Assembly: GCF_006345805.1 (NCBI RefSeq)
Contig: NC_043007.1
Location: 35,340,001-35,404,000, forward strand
Direction: 5' to 3'
Origin: Octopus sinensis
Taxonomy: Eukaryota
Length of the DNA stretch: 64,000 nt
The position numbers and the translations under genes are program-made. Positions 24,359-37,270 of this stretch are shown here, one piece after another; the stretch's first letter is position 1; each line of letters starts with the position of its first letter. The notes under the pieces are model-generated. The model did not search any database. It was not told the origin of the DNA and was given only the letters and a program-made list of their open reading frames with translations.

Positions 24359-25022
24359 AAATTAGAAATATTGTTTTCTACTCTAAGCACAAGGCCCGAA
24401 ATTTTGGGGGAGAAGGCCAGTCGATTAGATCAACACCAGTACGTAACTGGTACTTAATTTATCGACTCCGGAAAGATGAAAGGCAAAATCAATAAATTAG
24501 AAATATTCCTTTCTGCTCTAGGGACACGACTCGAAATTTTTGAGGAGGGGCCAGTCGATTAGATCAACCCCAGTACGCAACTGATACTTAATTCATCGAC
24601 CCTGAAAGGATGAAAGGCAAAGTTAATAAATTAGAAATATTCCTTTCCACTCTAGGCCCAAGACCCGAAATTTTTGGGGAGGGGGCCAGTCGATTAGATC
24701 AACCCAATACGCACCCGAACGATGAAAGGCAAAGTCTATAAATTAGAAATATTCTTTTCTACTCTAAGCACAAGACCCGAAATTTTGGGAGAGAGGGCTA
24801 GTCGATTAGATCGACTCCAGTACGCAACTGGTATTTAATTTATTGACCTCGAAAGGATGAAAGGCAAAGTCAATATATCCCAAATATTTTTCTACTCTAG
24901 GCACAAGACCCTAAATTTTGCTGGAGGGGATGGCAGTCGATTAGATCGATCCCAGTACGCAACTGGTACTTAATTTATCGACTCCGAAAGGATGAAAAGC
25001 AAAATCAATAAATTAGAAATAT
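24359..25022 (-). repeat. Minisatellite of five ~134-bp units derived from the 3' half of a family B-type SINE
   Basis: Unit starts near 24359, 24494, 24628, 24740, ~24873 and 25010. Each contains GTCGATTAGATC.AC.CCAGTACG.AACTGGTACTTAATTTATCGAC...GATGAAAGGCAAA. Confidence 0.88.
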
Positions 25023-25439
25023 TACAAATAAAATATGCCCCATCATTATGAAACACTTTATATATAAATTATGAAGTCATTGTGTTCAAGTCATGTCAGT
25101 TGAAAGCAACATGAAAATATTTTTTTTATTATTTTATGACACATTTATGGAATTCAAATGCATTGAAACAGTTTTCCTGTGATTTTTCTGTAGCCAAAAT
25201 TCTGACTCATTTTTTTCTGATTTGAATAAAAGGTGACGATAAAACCTAGTTTTACGTCTGTTTCACATATTTGCTTATAATTCTATTATTGACTCTAGCA
25301 ACTGTTACTTCGACTTTTTTTTTTTTTTTTTAGCAAGCAGCTGTTTTAGAGCAACCATTCCTTGATCATATTTTTCTTTGAGCAATTGTTTTTAATTACA
25401 TTACGACTGAGTTTTTTTCGATGATTTGACACCAAATAC

Positions 25440-25622
25440 GAGTCAACTGTATTCTTTTCTACTCTAGGCACAAGGCCCGAAATTTTCAGGAGGGGGGGTC
25501 AATCGATTAGATCGACACCAGTGCTCAGCTGGTACTTAATTTATCGACCCCGAAAGGATGAAAAGCAAAGTCGACTTTGGTGGAATTTGAATTCAGAACG
25601 TAAAGACAGACGAAATACGAGT
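25440..25622 (-). mobile_element. SINE family B-type copy
   Basis: CTACTCTAGGCACAAGGCCCGAAATTT...AAGTCGACTTTGGTGGAATTTGAATTCAGAACGTAAAGACAGACGAAATAC. Confidence 0.8.
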
Positions 25623-25710
25623 CAACTGTATTCACCCTTTCAAAATATGTGGTGCTGCACCACAAAATTTGAAGAATTGAATTTATATTTCTGTGTTTAT
25701 GAGTGTGTCC

Positions 25711-25749
<39 letters not shown>

Positions 25750-25995
25750 TTTTATCATGTTGAACCATTTATCTCTACACATTTATTTCTCTCTCCGTTT
25801 TATTTTTTTCTCTTTTCCTTCTCTCCATTGTTTTCTTTCAACCGTTTCTGTCGAAGGGCGTGGGTTCGAAAAGTCAAACACTTTTCCATTCTTACAGAAC
25901 ATCAGTCTAATACACCTGCTTGTTCCCTCACCTGTCTTCACCGTTTGCTTTCTGTAAATTTTGAGTTATATATATGTACATACATCAATGTAAAT

Positions 25996-26088
<93 letters not shown>

Positions 26089-26149
26089 TATATATAACCA
26101 ATTAAGGGAAAAGAGATGAAATAATTGATTGAAGCTGATTCTAAATAAG

Positions 26150-26320
26150 TTCCGGTGCTCAACTAGTACTTATTTTATCGATCCAGAAAGGACGACAGGC
26201 AAAGTAGGCCTCGGTGGAATTTGAATTCAGAATCAGAACGTAAAGACAGACGAAATTCTGCTAAAAAAAAAACAAAACATTTTGTCCCATGTGATAACGA
26301 TTCTGCTAGCTCGCCGCCAT
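26150..26320 (-). mobile_element. SINE family B-type diverged copy
   Basis: CTAGTACTTATTTTATCGATCC...GGAATTTGAATTCAGAA...GATTCTGCTAGCTCGCCGCC. Confidence 0.72.
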
Positions 26321-26994
26321 AATACTGCTGAATAATGATGATTAAAAAAATATGAGAACCTCTAGTGTAAAGAAATAAGCTTTTGGCTATGTGAAAATTG
26401 TAGATCTCAGTAAGCAGGCCAATAGACGGAAGACATTAAAAAGGCGTTGTACAAAGGCAGTACATGACAACGTTAGGCCAAAAGGCAACTGATATCACAC
26501 TGAGGCTTCATCATGATATCGTTCGAATACATTTTCCTTCAAAAACCAAAAGCTGAAACGTTATTCTACAACAAAATGTATAACAATTTTTATGTCAAAG
26601 ACGATTGCTTGTCATGAGTTTTCGTGACATCGCTGAGAATTACCATTTTCCTAAACCAAAGCCGTGCAACCTTTTATCACACAGCGAACTAGTAAAACGC
26701 CAGCTCTTGACAAGATAACAATCTCTTCTTTGATGACCTTTTGAACTTTCGTGTCGCGTCTGATGATTTCGCACGAAATGGTATTTTTGCTAACTCATTT
26801 TCTGTCACAGATCAAATTAGTGATTATGATTATTGCTAGACATTTTTTTTTTATCTTTTGCTATCAATACATATATATACACACATACACACAGAGGAAG
26901 ATATTAGTTGGAGGGTGAGAAAGAAATGATAAGGAGAGCAAAGTAGGGAGAAAGGTGATGGAAAATGTATTTGCTGTCATATACATATATAGGC

Positions 26995-27049
<55 letters not shown>

Positions 27050-27499
27050 CACATACACACACGCACACATACATACTCATAGAGGCACACACTGTGTTTG
27101 TGTGTGTGTAAAAAAAAATGCACAAATTGGGTGGAAATTTCCTGTGTTTATGCCGAAGAACAATGAAGTCAAACAACCTATATAATACACAAAGCAAGTG
27201 GCAACTGTAGTTACAGAAATAATGGTAGGCGTGGTAGCGGCAGCGGCGGCGGCATTGGTAGAGGCGTGCTGATACTGATAAAGAAGAAACGAATAAATAA
27301 ATAAATAAATATGTAAATAAAATATCGAGTTCATGACCTTTAAGTGCTATAGAATACATAAACTACGATATTGTTAGTATTAAACCAAGGTATTGTTAAT
27401 AGTAAGAGAGAAGAAATTGACGTGAAATTTGCGAAAATGTTATTAGAGAAGAAAAGAAGTGTCAGATTAAATTCTTTAGTCTGATGGAAAGGGGTAGCA

Positions 27500-28115
27500 A
27501 AATGGGGGGTTGCGGTGGCGGTAGTGGTGGTGGTGGTTCTGGAGTGAGTAATGGTGGTGGTGGTAGAAATTGTGATGTTGGTGGTGGTTTTCATGACAGA
27601 GGTGGCGTTGCTGGGCGTAGTGATGATGGTGGTACCCGCGGAGTTGCTAAAGGGTAAGGGTGATGGTCGAAGTGGTGGTGCTGCTGGTGGTGGTGGCGGC
27701 GGCGGTGACGGTGTTGATGGTGGCGGTAGTGGTGGTGGTCGCAGGAAGGACAAGCGGGGGTGATTGTAGTGGTCGTTGTAGCGTTGGTGGGGAAGGTTAA
27801 GGCGGTGGTAATGGGTTTTCGTTGAGGTGCGGAGGGCACTCTTGTCGTTGGAGGGGGGGAGTGGCGGCGGGTGCAGTGGTGGTGGTAGTAGTGGTGGTGG
27901 TAGCAGTGGCGGCGGTGATGGCCATAGTGGTGGTGGCAGGTATGGCAGTGGCGCTGACGGCGACGGAATTGGGGAAGTGGGTGATTGTAGCCAGCGATGG
28001 TGACCGCGGCGGTTGTGGTGGGGGGGGGGGCTGTGGCACCGGCGGCAACTGTTAGTGAGGGAGTAGGATGGGGTGTGGTGGACTGGTGGTAGTGGTGGTG
28101 GTGGTGGTGATGGTG
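27500..28115. repeat. GC-rich (GGT/GGC)n low-complexity tract
   Basis: Directly visible; source of the Pro/His/Thr-rich pseudo-ORFs. Confidence 0.85.
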
Positions 28116-28373
28116 TTTGTAGAGCAGGAGATATTGTGCTGATGGTATAAGCAACAAGGTAATGAATAATAATCATAAAAGCAATAAACAGCAATATATA
28201 TATATATATATATATATTTGACAAATAGACAGGAAGAACTAAAAGAAAAACGTCAGAGATTTGAAGCGATTAATAAGATTAGAAGCCAAAATTGCATACG
28301 GGTGTGTGAGTGTGTGATTTTTTTTCTTTTTCCTTTTTGATTTTACTTTTTCGCTCACTACACAATGGAGGCA

Positions 28374-28524
28374 GCAGCCATTTTGTTTTTGGCCTTCTTG
28401 TTTTATATATTTATTATATAGTCTGCTTACGTCATGGAAATTTCCATCACGCGGCTGTTTGAACTTTAGCTTCTACATGAAACAACATGGCTTGCTGTCA
28501 GTCAGCTTCGCTTTAGCTGACTCA
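28374..28524 (-). promoter_or_regulatory. Candidate minus-strand Pol II promoter: AP-1, kB/NFAT-type palindrome, CRE-like, TATA and YY1/initiator motifs
   Basis: TGACTCA 28518-28524; ATGGAAATTTCCAT 28434-28447; TTACGTCA 28427-28434; minus-strand TATAAAA 28407-28401; CAAAATGGCTGC 28385-28374, about 25-30 nt downstream of TATA. Motif-level evidence only. Confidence 0.45.
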
Positions 28525-28770
28525 TCTGGTGGCTGCTGCTGCTTCTGTTTTTGCTTTTGCCTTTGCTGTTGTTCTTGTTGTTTTTGTTGTAGTTGCTGCT
28601 GTTGTGATTGCCGTTGCTACAGTTGTGAAGCTTGTCTTTGTCTTTTATTTTATTTCCTTTTCTTTTTTTTTTTTTGGTGTGTTTTGTTACATTTCGTGTG
28701 ATTTTTTTTTAGCTTTAATGTTTTTGTTTCATTTTTGTTGCTGTGAATTTTTCTTTTTCCTTTCGCGACA

Positions 28771-29665
28771 CCTCCTTCCTTTTCATCCTCCCCTTCAACC
28801 TCATTTTTGCCTTTCATCTTCCTCCCCTTCCTCTCCCCTCCACTCTTCCTCCTTTATCCCTTCCTCCTCCCCTTCCTCCTTCCTCCCCCACCCCTCCCCT
28901 ATTCCTCCCCTTCCCCTCCCCTTCTTCCTCCCCTACCCCCTTCACCCTACCCCTCTCTCCTCCTCCGCTCCCCTTCCTCCTCCTACACCTCCACTCCTCT
29001 CATACGTCCCCCCGTCCTCTCCTCCGCTCCCCTTCCTCCTACACCTCTCTCCTCCTACACCTCCTCCTCCTCCTACACCTCCTCTTCCCCCACACCTCCT
29101 CCCCTTCCGCCTCCTCTTCCCCCACACCTCCTCCTCCCCTTCCGCACCCTCTTCCCCAACACCCCCTCCTCTCCCCTCAACCTCCCTCCTCTCCTCCTCC
29201 GTTCCCCCTCTTCCTCCTACACCTCCACTCCTCTCATACTTCCCCTCCCCTTCTCTCTTCTCCCTCTCTTCCTTCCCTTCCTCCCCTCCTCTTCTTCCCT
29301 CGCCACTCTTTCCGTCACCTTTTTGCTCCTCCCCTTTCTTCCACTTCTTCCCATCACACCTCCTCTTCACCCTCCTCTCCTCCTTCCTCCCCTCACGCTC
29401 CTCTCCTTTCCCTCCCCCCTTCCCTAGCCCCCCTCCTCACAATTCCTCCTCCCGTTCATCCATCTTTCTGTCATACTCCTCTTACTCCTCCTCTTCATTC
29501 TCATCCTCTACATTTCTCATTCTTCCACTTCCTCTGTCTGCTACCCTCTCTTCCTGCTCCTCTTCTTCCACATTTCCCCTTCCACCTCTTCCTTTTTCTC
29601 CCACTCCAACTCCAACACCCTTCCTCTTTTTCCTCCTCCTCCTCCACCACCTCTTACCTCTCCTT
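28771..29665. repeat. About 900-bp polypyrimidine/polypurine (CCT/CT-rich) tract with internal repeated units
   Basis: Almost no G on the plus strand; the unit TCCTCTCCTCCG(C/T)TCCCC.. recurs near 28958, 29016 and 29190. Confidence 0.92.
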
Positions 29666-30229
29666 CGTTGTTGTGCTGTTGCCGTTGCGAACGGCGTTGT
29701 AATAGTTGTTAAGACTGTCATGGCTGCTAACGTTATCATAGCTGTTGTTGTTGCTTTCGTCGTTGATAACAGCGTTGCGATACCAATGTTTGCCTGAAGC
29801 TTTTTTGTCTTTCTGCATCCTCTATCTCTTTTCATATTTTTCCATCGTTCGCATCAATCACCATAACAACAACAACAACGACGATGGCGGTGATGACGAG
29901 ACGACGACGACGACGATGATGATGACAACGATGATGATGATGATGACCATGATGATGATGAATCCACGTCAAATAGTTTCTTAAGAATTCAATATCTGCT
30001 GCCGACATATTTTCATGCTTGCGTCAGCCTGTCTTTAAAAAAGAAATGTTTTTGAGGAATTTTTTTATAAGGAAGAATAAATAAGACAATTATTATCAAC
30101 GAAGATCAGAACAGAATCAGACATTCGATAATCTTATTCGCTAAAGAATCATGCCTTGATCTTGTTCTTGTTGTCAATGTTGTTGTTGTTGTTGTTGTTG
30201 TGTTGTTGTAGTTGTTGTTGTTTTTGTTT

Positions 30230-30267
<38 letters not shown>

Positions 30268-31270
30268 ATTGTTGCCGTTGTTGTTGTTCTTGTTGTTGTT
30301 CTTGTTCATGTTTATGCTTGTGTTTGTTTGTTTCTTTGTTCTTGCTGCTCGCGGAGATTTTGAATTATTTTATTGCATTTTATTATCATCATTATTGTTG
30401 TTGTTGTTGTTGTTAAAGTTCTTATAATGCCAAAAAAAACAAACAAACACAAAGAAACGCCAGCAACAAAGACATCAACAAAACCAAAGCCCTACCACAA
30501 CAATGCCAACACCACCAGCACCAACACTAACACCAACACCAACACGAACGACAACCAATAAATAAGTGGCGTTAAACAAACACACAAAAGAACGGCTTTG
30601 TGGAATAATCTGTGACGAAGGAATTCGTAGAATGGGGTATAATTATATATGGTAATTGCAAGTAATCAGTTTAGAAAGGCTGTTGTAAGTTTGCATTCTT
30701 GTGATGAAAAATATTCGCTCGAATACTATTGTGAAGATGTTATGCCTTCTATTACGTTCAAAATGGGCGTGAAATAAAGATTTCATATGTATGTATGCAT
30801 GTATGTATATATGTATGTTTGTATGTATGTATGTATGTATGTATGTATGTATGTATGTATGTATGTATGTATGTATGTATGTATGTATGTATGTATATAT
30901 ATATATATATACACATGCATGCATACATACATACATACATACATACATACATACATACTTACATACATATATGTATTTATATGCATAAGTATGTATATAT
31001 ATATGAATGGATCTATGTTGCTTAGGTGAATGAGTTAGGCGTCGTCTGTGTGTTCTCTGGCATACATTGTCTGGAAATACTTGAAATAATCTTAACAGAT
31101 TCTTCCCACTATGAACGAATAGGAAAGGAGGGGAGTACGGATTAATTTTTTCTTTATCAAAACCTTATGTATGTTGTTGATAATGGAAACCTCTTTGTAA
31201 ATGCCAACACAAAAGCTTCAATATAACATGTTTTTGCTGTAAAATTACAGAGAGGATAGATAAATGGAGA

Positions 31271-31312
<42 letters not shown>

Positions 31313-32766
31313 GAGGGGAAGAGCAGAATTATCAGTATCATTCCCATAAGCATATTTCTGACAGAAAAATATTTTGACTGATTTCTCTCCCTTTTATAAA
31401 TGCATTGCCTGCCAAATAAACAGCGGCCATTTTGTTTATGGATTTATTAGCAAAAATATCTGAGCAATGCCAGTATGTTGGGAGGAATATTCCCAGAACT
31501 GTTTTCTTGATTCCTACCATATTCTTCATGTGTAGCGAAATACCAAAGGAAAGTATTAAAAAGCAACTAATTTGACTTAGTGTTAGTAGTGTATTTGATG
31601 TAGTAAAAAAAAAGACAATTTAATTAAAATTACGACCCAAGACAACATCATTGTCAATAACAAAAGCTATTAACATTAGAATTAATGAATGAAGAAAGGC
31701 GTGACATTTAGATTTTTTTCAAAAAGAACTAGCAAATTTGTAATTTGTTAAAATAAAAATGGACGTTTATTTTATTCTTTTCATTCGAAACCAAAAGCGA
31801 CGAAAGCAAGCGACAGGATAACGGTTAGTATTTACGAAACATATTTGAACAAATAGATCGGCGGACACAATGTTCTAATTGGCAACGCAGTAGATACAAG
31901 GGTTCGTGTCCCGCTAATGGACATGCTCCTCCACCGTCATCATTTCCGTCTGGAATTAGTTTTTATAATATTGTCTGGTATGATTCTGTGTATTAGACCT
32001 CGTTACTTAGACGGGAGAAACGAGAGTCATTTGCTGTGGATGAAGAAGAGGAGTTGTGCTTCGGAACTAAGAACGTATATTATATTATGCTTGAGTTTGT
32101 TCATCATTCTTCTTCTGTTTCTTCGATTACCAATTTATTGCTCTTATTTTCCTTCTATATTCTTTTGTCTTTATTTTTTCTGTTCATTCCATCTTCTCTG
32201 GTCGATTTCTTTTACCATTGTTCTTTCGTTTCTTCCCCATTCGTCTTCTTATTCTTTACTGGTTCATCAGGCGTTAGTAGCGTAGATAGTTCTGTAATTC
32301 AACCACAAATTCTATTTTATAAAGTGGAGCGGAGTATTTGCTTATCAAATCAGAGCACACAAATTTATTTACAACTTATCCACAAGAACGTTGGCTCAGT
32401 ACTCTATTTAACCTATGTATGTATGTATGTATGTATGTATGTATGTATGTATGTATGTATGTATGTATGTATGTATATATGTATGCAAGGATGGATGGAT
32501 AGATGGATACCTGCATGCATGTACGTATGCATGTATGTATGTATGGGTAATTTCATCAGAGACACCTCATATATGAATTCCTCAGTAATGCTGCCGTATT
32601 TGTCCTTTAAGAGTCATCTATGAAGTACATGAACTACTTGGGATTCCACCTTTTCTGACAGAATTTTGAATTACAAACACACACGCATATATATATATAT
32701 TATATATATACTTCATTTTTGTACATATATATTGCATGACTCTCCCTAGACACAATATGTATTATA

Positions 32767-32842
<76 letters not shown>

Positions 32843-33604
32843 TAGAGATATATATATAAGAAAGAGAGAGAGAGTAGTAGCGGAAGAGAGGTGAGGCGAA
32901 GGGCAAGGAAAATAGACTGCAGCTGTAATTTTAAGGGCTCAGCCAGTCCTGTTAAATTTCATGTCACGTTGATTTTGCCTAAGGTTTACCTAAAAGGCAC
33001 AAGTGTTAGTCACCCTTTAATTCAATGGAAATCTTGATACTTCCTAAACACCATCATTCCTCCCACTTTCCAATAATCGTCATCATGATCATGATAATGA
33101 TGAACATCATTATCACCGTTGTTGGCGTCGCTTTTGTCGTCCATCTCATACCCAGAGCTACCGTAGTACAGCGAACCGAACATCGCCTTCCGTCTTTAAT
33201 AACCTTGTGTTATGTCCTTCTGTTGGGGACGAAGAAACGTTTATACTTATCTACAGTAATTACGTTATTATTGTTAATAGCTTACTAATTGTCTTCGTTA
33301 ATCCGATCTCAAATAATTGTTGTTATTGCCGCTATTGTTCTCCCAACTCGTAATACAATCCATTTTAACTGTACTTCTCGCTAAATAATCATTAAAGCTG
33401 AGCTAAATTCAAACGTATTGTTTGCGAATTAGGCCAGAGGCTATACTAATTAAATTCCCTCTTTCTTCTGTCAAGGTTTCCACGAAGTTTTATATAACAT
33501 ACCATTTACCATATGGAACTCAGATGGAACTAATCATTCACAGACATAGACACACACGTACTCGCACAAACATACACACAGAGACACACACATACACATT
33601 CTAA

Positions 33605-33642
<38 letters not shown>

Positions 33643-33696
33643 GTCTATCTGTCTGTCTATCTGTCTATCTATCTATCTATCATCTATCTATCTATA

Positions 33697-33734
<38 letters not shown>

Positions 33735-33753
33735 ACTACCTACCTACTACCTA

Positions 33754-33815
<62 letters not shown>

Positions 33816-33899
33816 CATCTATCTATCTATCTATATATCTATCTATCTATATATTATATTGAAAAGACTCTCGTACAAACATATACCTTCACACAAAGT

Positions 33900-34082
33900 T
33901 TCAAATTTTGGAACAAACCCGGCAAATTTAGGGGTGGGGATTAATCGATTGCATCGACTCCAGTGCTCAACTGGTACTTTTTTCGCCGAAATTTTAACTC
34001 AGAACTTAAAGAACCAGAAGAAATGTCACTAAGCATTTTGTCCGACACATTTAACGATTCTGGCAGCTTGCCGCCTAAAATA
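33900..34082 (-). mobile_element. SINE family B-type diverged copy
   Basis: AATCGATTGCATCGACTCCAGTGCTCAACTGGTAC...GATTCTGGCAGCTTGCCGCC. Confidence 0.7.
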
Positions 34083-34309
34083 CACTCAAATATCACTAAC
34101 AGGCGTATGATTAAAATACTAATACATCGATTCAAAATGTCTAAATGCATTCCAGCTGTGACTATCCCGTCTTTATTGTTTTTTAATGTCTAGTTATTAT
34201 ACATCAAGACTACATTTTTATTCAATACATCTTCTACGTTTACGACCGTATGATGTGGTTCCAAGGGGCTTTGGTAGCTATTTCTTGAATTTCGAGCATA
34301 ATGATAACA

Positions 34310-34452
34310 GCCACGGCGGTAGCAGCTGCAATGGCAGCAGTGGCGGCAGCAGCAGCGACAGAAGCAGCAGTAGCAGCAGCAGTAACAGTGGCAGTAACAG
34401 CAGCAGCAGCAGTAACAGTAGCAGCAGCAGCAGCAGAAGCAGCAGCAGTAGC

Positions 34453-34489
<37 letters not shown>

Positions 34490-34548
34490 CTAGTACTAGT
34501 AGTAGCAGCAGCAGCAGCAACAGCAGTAGTAGCAGCGGCAGCAGCGGT

Positions 34549-34610
<62 letters not shown>

Positions 34611-34612
34611 GA
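34310..34612. repeat. (GCA)n/(GTA)n trinucleotide tract
   Basis: Directly visible. Confidence 0.95.
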
Positions 34613-34789
34613 GGAGTACTAGTATTGTTGTTGTTAAGTTCTAAGTCATTCCTGCCCGAGAGAATCTATAGCCGAAGCGTTCCAGCTATGACTATTGCAT
34701 CCTTTGTTTCCCAAACATAATGCAGAAAATGTACATAGTCCAACGTATCCTTCAATGTATCCTGTATTCTTCCTTCGCTTGATAGCTAG

Positions 34790-35110
34790 GTTTTCCAATT
34801 TTGAAGTAAAAATTTCCGAAAATGTGGACACTCCCCACGGTTTCCGTCCTGGAGTTCAGGCAGCCTCCTGGCTCAAGTGAGTTCATGAGGATTACATATC
34901 TTTCTGCTATAAACAATTTACTCAGTCTTGTTCTATTGCGATAGGGTCCACAAATTTCCAATAATTTCCACCTGATGTTAAAGGGCGTATGATTGTCCTT
35001 TAGGCGCCATACGTATTGCGTCTCTCTGGAAGCCTGAAAGAAGATCTGTCGTTGTTCAGGCGAATTTTAAATTTGGATTCACAAGATCCGACATAAACAA
35101 TTGCTCTATA
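34790..35110 (-). pseudogene. Penelope-like element GIY-YIG endonuclease fragment (C-terminal end of ORF)
   Basis: Frameshifted minus-strand translation YRAIVYVGSCESKFKIRLNNDRSSFR / YVWRLKDNHTPFNIRWKLLEICGPY...LFIAERYVIL...CLNSRTET / ECPHFRKFLL. Fits the PLE pattern YIG...FK.R..NH..SF...Y+W.LK......W.I....Y...C.LC..E...LN.R.E...C.H..KFLL. Confidence 0.78.
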
Positions 35111-35220
35111 TTTTATAGGTTATGCTCTTCTCTTGATTTATGATATTGTAACGAAGACACACACACACACACACACACACAACACACACACACACACACA
35201 ACACACACACACACACACAC

Positions 35221-35253
<33 letters not shown>

Positions 35254-35260
35254 TATACAC

Positions 35261-35472
35261 ATTCAAAATGTGACCGCGTGTGTACGTTGGCGATTTTTTC
35301 CCTCTGTCTTCCCTTCTCTGGATCTTTCCCTCCTTCTCTTATGTTTCCGACGAAGAGCTCCGCTCGAAACGTTAAACCCTCCTTCTTTCCTCATTTCCTG
35401 AGCGTCCAATAATACTATATTTGTTCCACGTCCTCGCATTGTTGTTTTTTTGTACTTTCTTGTTTGGTTTAA

Positions 35473-35474
<2 letters not shown>
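35261..35474 (+). ncRNA. Microsatellite-embedded pLTR-like element with a minimal hammerhead motif (35343-35377), core variant CCGACGA
   Basis: GTTT-CCGACGA-A-GAGC-tcc-GCTC-GAAAC-GTT-AAAC. Homologous to 13565-13797. Confidence 0.6.
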
Positions 35475-35546
<72 letters not shown>

Positions 35547-35959
35547 TACATGTATATGTATGTGTGTGTGTATTTGTATAAATCTAATTTCCGTTATATA
35601 AACTTTGTTGTCAATGTGTACAAGGCCATGCCTTTTCGGTAAATAAGCAACTTAAAATTATTCTTTGCATAAATTACTGTAACTGTTATTTATTGTAGTT
35701 AAACAAAATGTGACATTGTTTTCATTATTTTCCTGAGACGTTATTTCCGACACCGCCGGCATCATAAGGCTATCTATCGTATGATATCGTTCAAACCGGA
35801 TATCCGTTTCAAATGCAACAGATGGACAGACTGGTGGTGTTTAACCGGATCATCTATCTAACACAATTGTCCCTCTTTTTCTTTGCCAGCTGTATCTCTC
35901 CAGGACAGCGCATCGCAACCATTTTTTTTTTTTTACTTAAGGACTCGTCATTCGATATT

Positions 35960-36242
35960 TATCTTTTACTTGGGTCAATCATTAGATTGCGGCTATGCTA
36001 GGACACCACTTTGAAGAATTTTTAGTCGAACGAATTGACCCCCCCACCACCACCACCACCAGTACTATTTTATGAAGTCTGGTACTTATTCCATCGACCT
36101 CTTTTGCCAAACCGCTGATGAAGGGTCGTTTTTTATGTTACTTGTCCTGTTTTCCATTTGTTTCTCTCGATGTTTGCGTATTCAATTCATTTGTTTTCGT
36201 ATTTCATGCTGTTTACTGTTTGTGACGTCCTGTACCCATATA

Positions 36243-36285
<43 letters not shown>

Positions 36286-36497
36286 TATACACATACATAT
36301 ATACATACACACACACACATATACATATATACACGACAGGCTTCTTCCAGTTTCCGCTTACCAAATCCATTGGTATGTCCTTGGTGAGCCCGAGGCTATA
36401 GTAGACGACACTTGCTCAAGGTGCCACGCAGTGGGAACGAACCTGGAACGATGTGGTTTGGAAGCAAGCCTCTTACCAGACTGTCACGCCTGCGCCT
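35960..36497 (-). mobile_element. SINE family A, diverged full-length copy
   Basis: Both halves are present around a (TA)(CA) tract; the head ends at ...CACGCCTGCGCCT. Confidence 0.8.
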
Positions 36498-37194
36498 AAA
36501 ATATAGTTTTCCTGTTTTTCAGTAAAACTAGTTTAAGAACTAGTATTACTGAAACTTGTTTTCCACCTATTCACTTGTCCAAGTTTGCAATAGCGCTCAG
36601 TGACAGAACACATTTCAGTAGCCGGAAGCAAGTTAAACTATGTAAAACGTTAGAGAAAGAAACCTAGTTATTTTTTGCAGTAAAAAATATCTAAAAGCAA
36701 AATGTATTCACAGACGTTTAAATTACTACAGGGTAGTACTATTTCCCCCAGAGGTACGGTTGTAGTCCTATTGAAAACCACTGATCTAGGACATTAGCCA
36801 GTACGCCATTCCCTGGTGGAAACATTGTTGGGATTTGATCTCGTCAGTAAGCAGTTTGTTTTAAAATCTGAGGGTGAAATATTCTCTACCCTCGAAATAG
36901 AGGATTCCTTATATGGTAATGTATCTTGATACTAACCATGAACTGCGTGGTTTCCCTCTTCTGTCTATATTCATAGTTTTCATTTTAGAATGATTACCAA
37001 CTCCCCGGTGAGGTGAATAAATCTGTCGAGTGTCCATTAAAATGTCTCGTCCAGCAACACACCGCTGAACCAGTAACGTGATACGAGCTACTGAACTGTC
37101 GATTCGTATGTCTGACATTTTTATTCACTAGGCCATCGCTGACATTCTTTCACCACCAACCGATAAAACATTACACTTCAAAGACACCGTATTT

Positions 37195-37270
37195 GCGCCA
37201 AGCTATAAACGCATTTCATTACCATATAAGGAAGCAATATCGAATCGACCTGCTTGTTAGCATAAGCTAA
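37195..37270 (+). promoter_or_regulatory. CArG-box module (CCATATAAGG at 37222-37231), paralogous to 45047-45118
   Basis: 24-nt identity AACGCATTTCATTACCATATAAGG plus shared AATATCGAATCGAC and TGCTTGTTA. Confidence 0.4.

Noticed and set aside
24359-25022. CRISPR-like regular repeat
   Set aside because: Units are whole SINE fragments without unique spacers; the context is eukaryotic and has no cas genes.
27340-29797. Long Pro/Ser/Leu-rich ORFs (294, 422, 319 aa)
   Set aside because: They are translations of GGT and CCT low-complexity tracts, open in several frames at once, with no domain.
31920-32300. Possible minus-strand exon (ELSTLLTPDEPVKNKK...)
   Set aside because: Weak acceptor, purine-rich low complexity, repeated stops in the continuing frame, and no recognisable domain.
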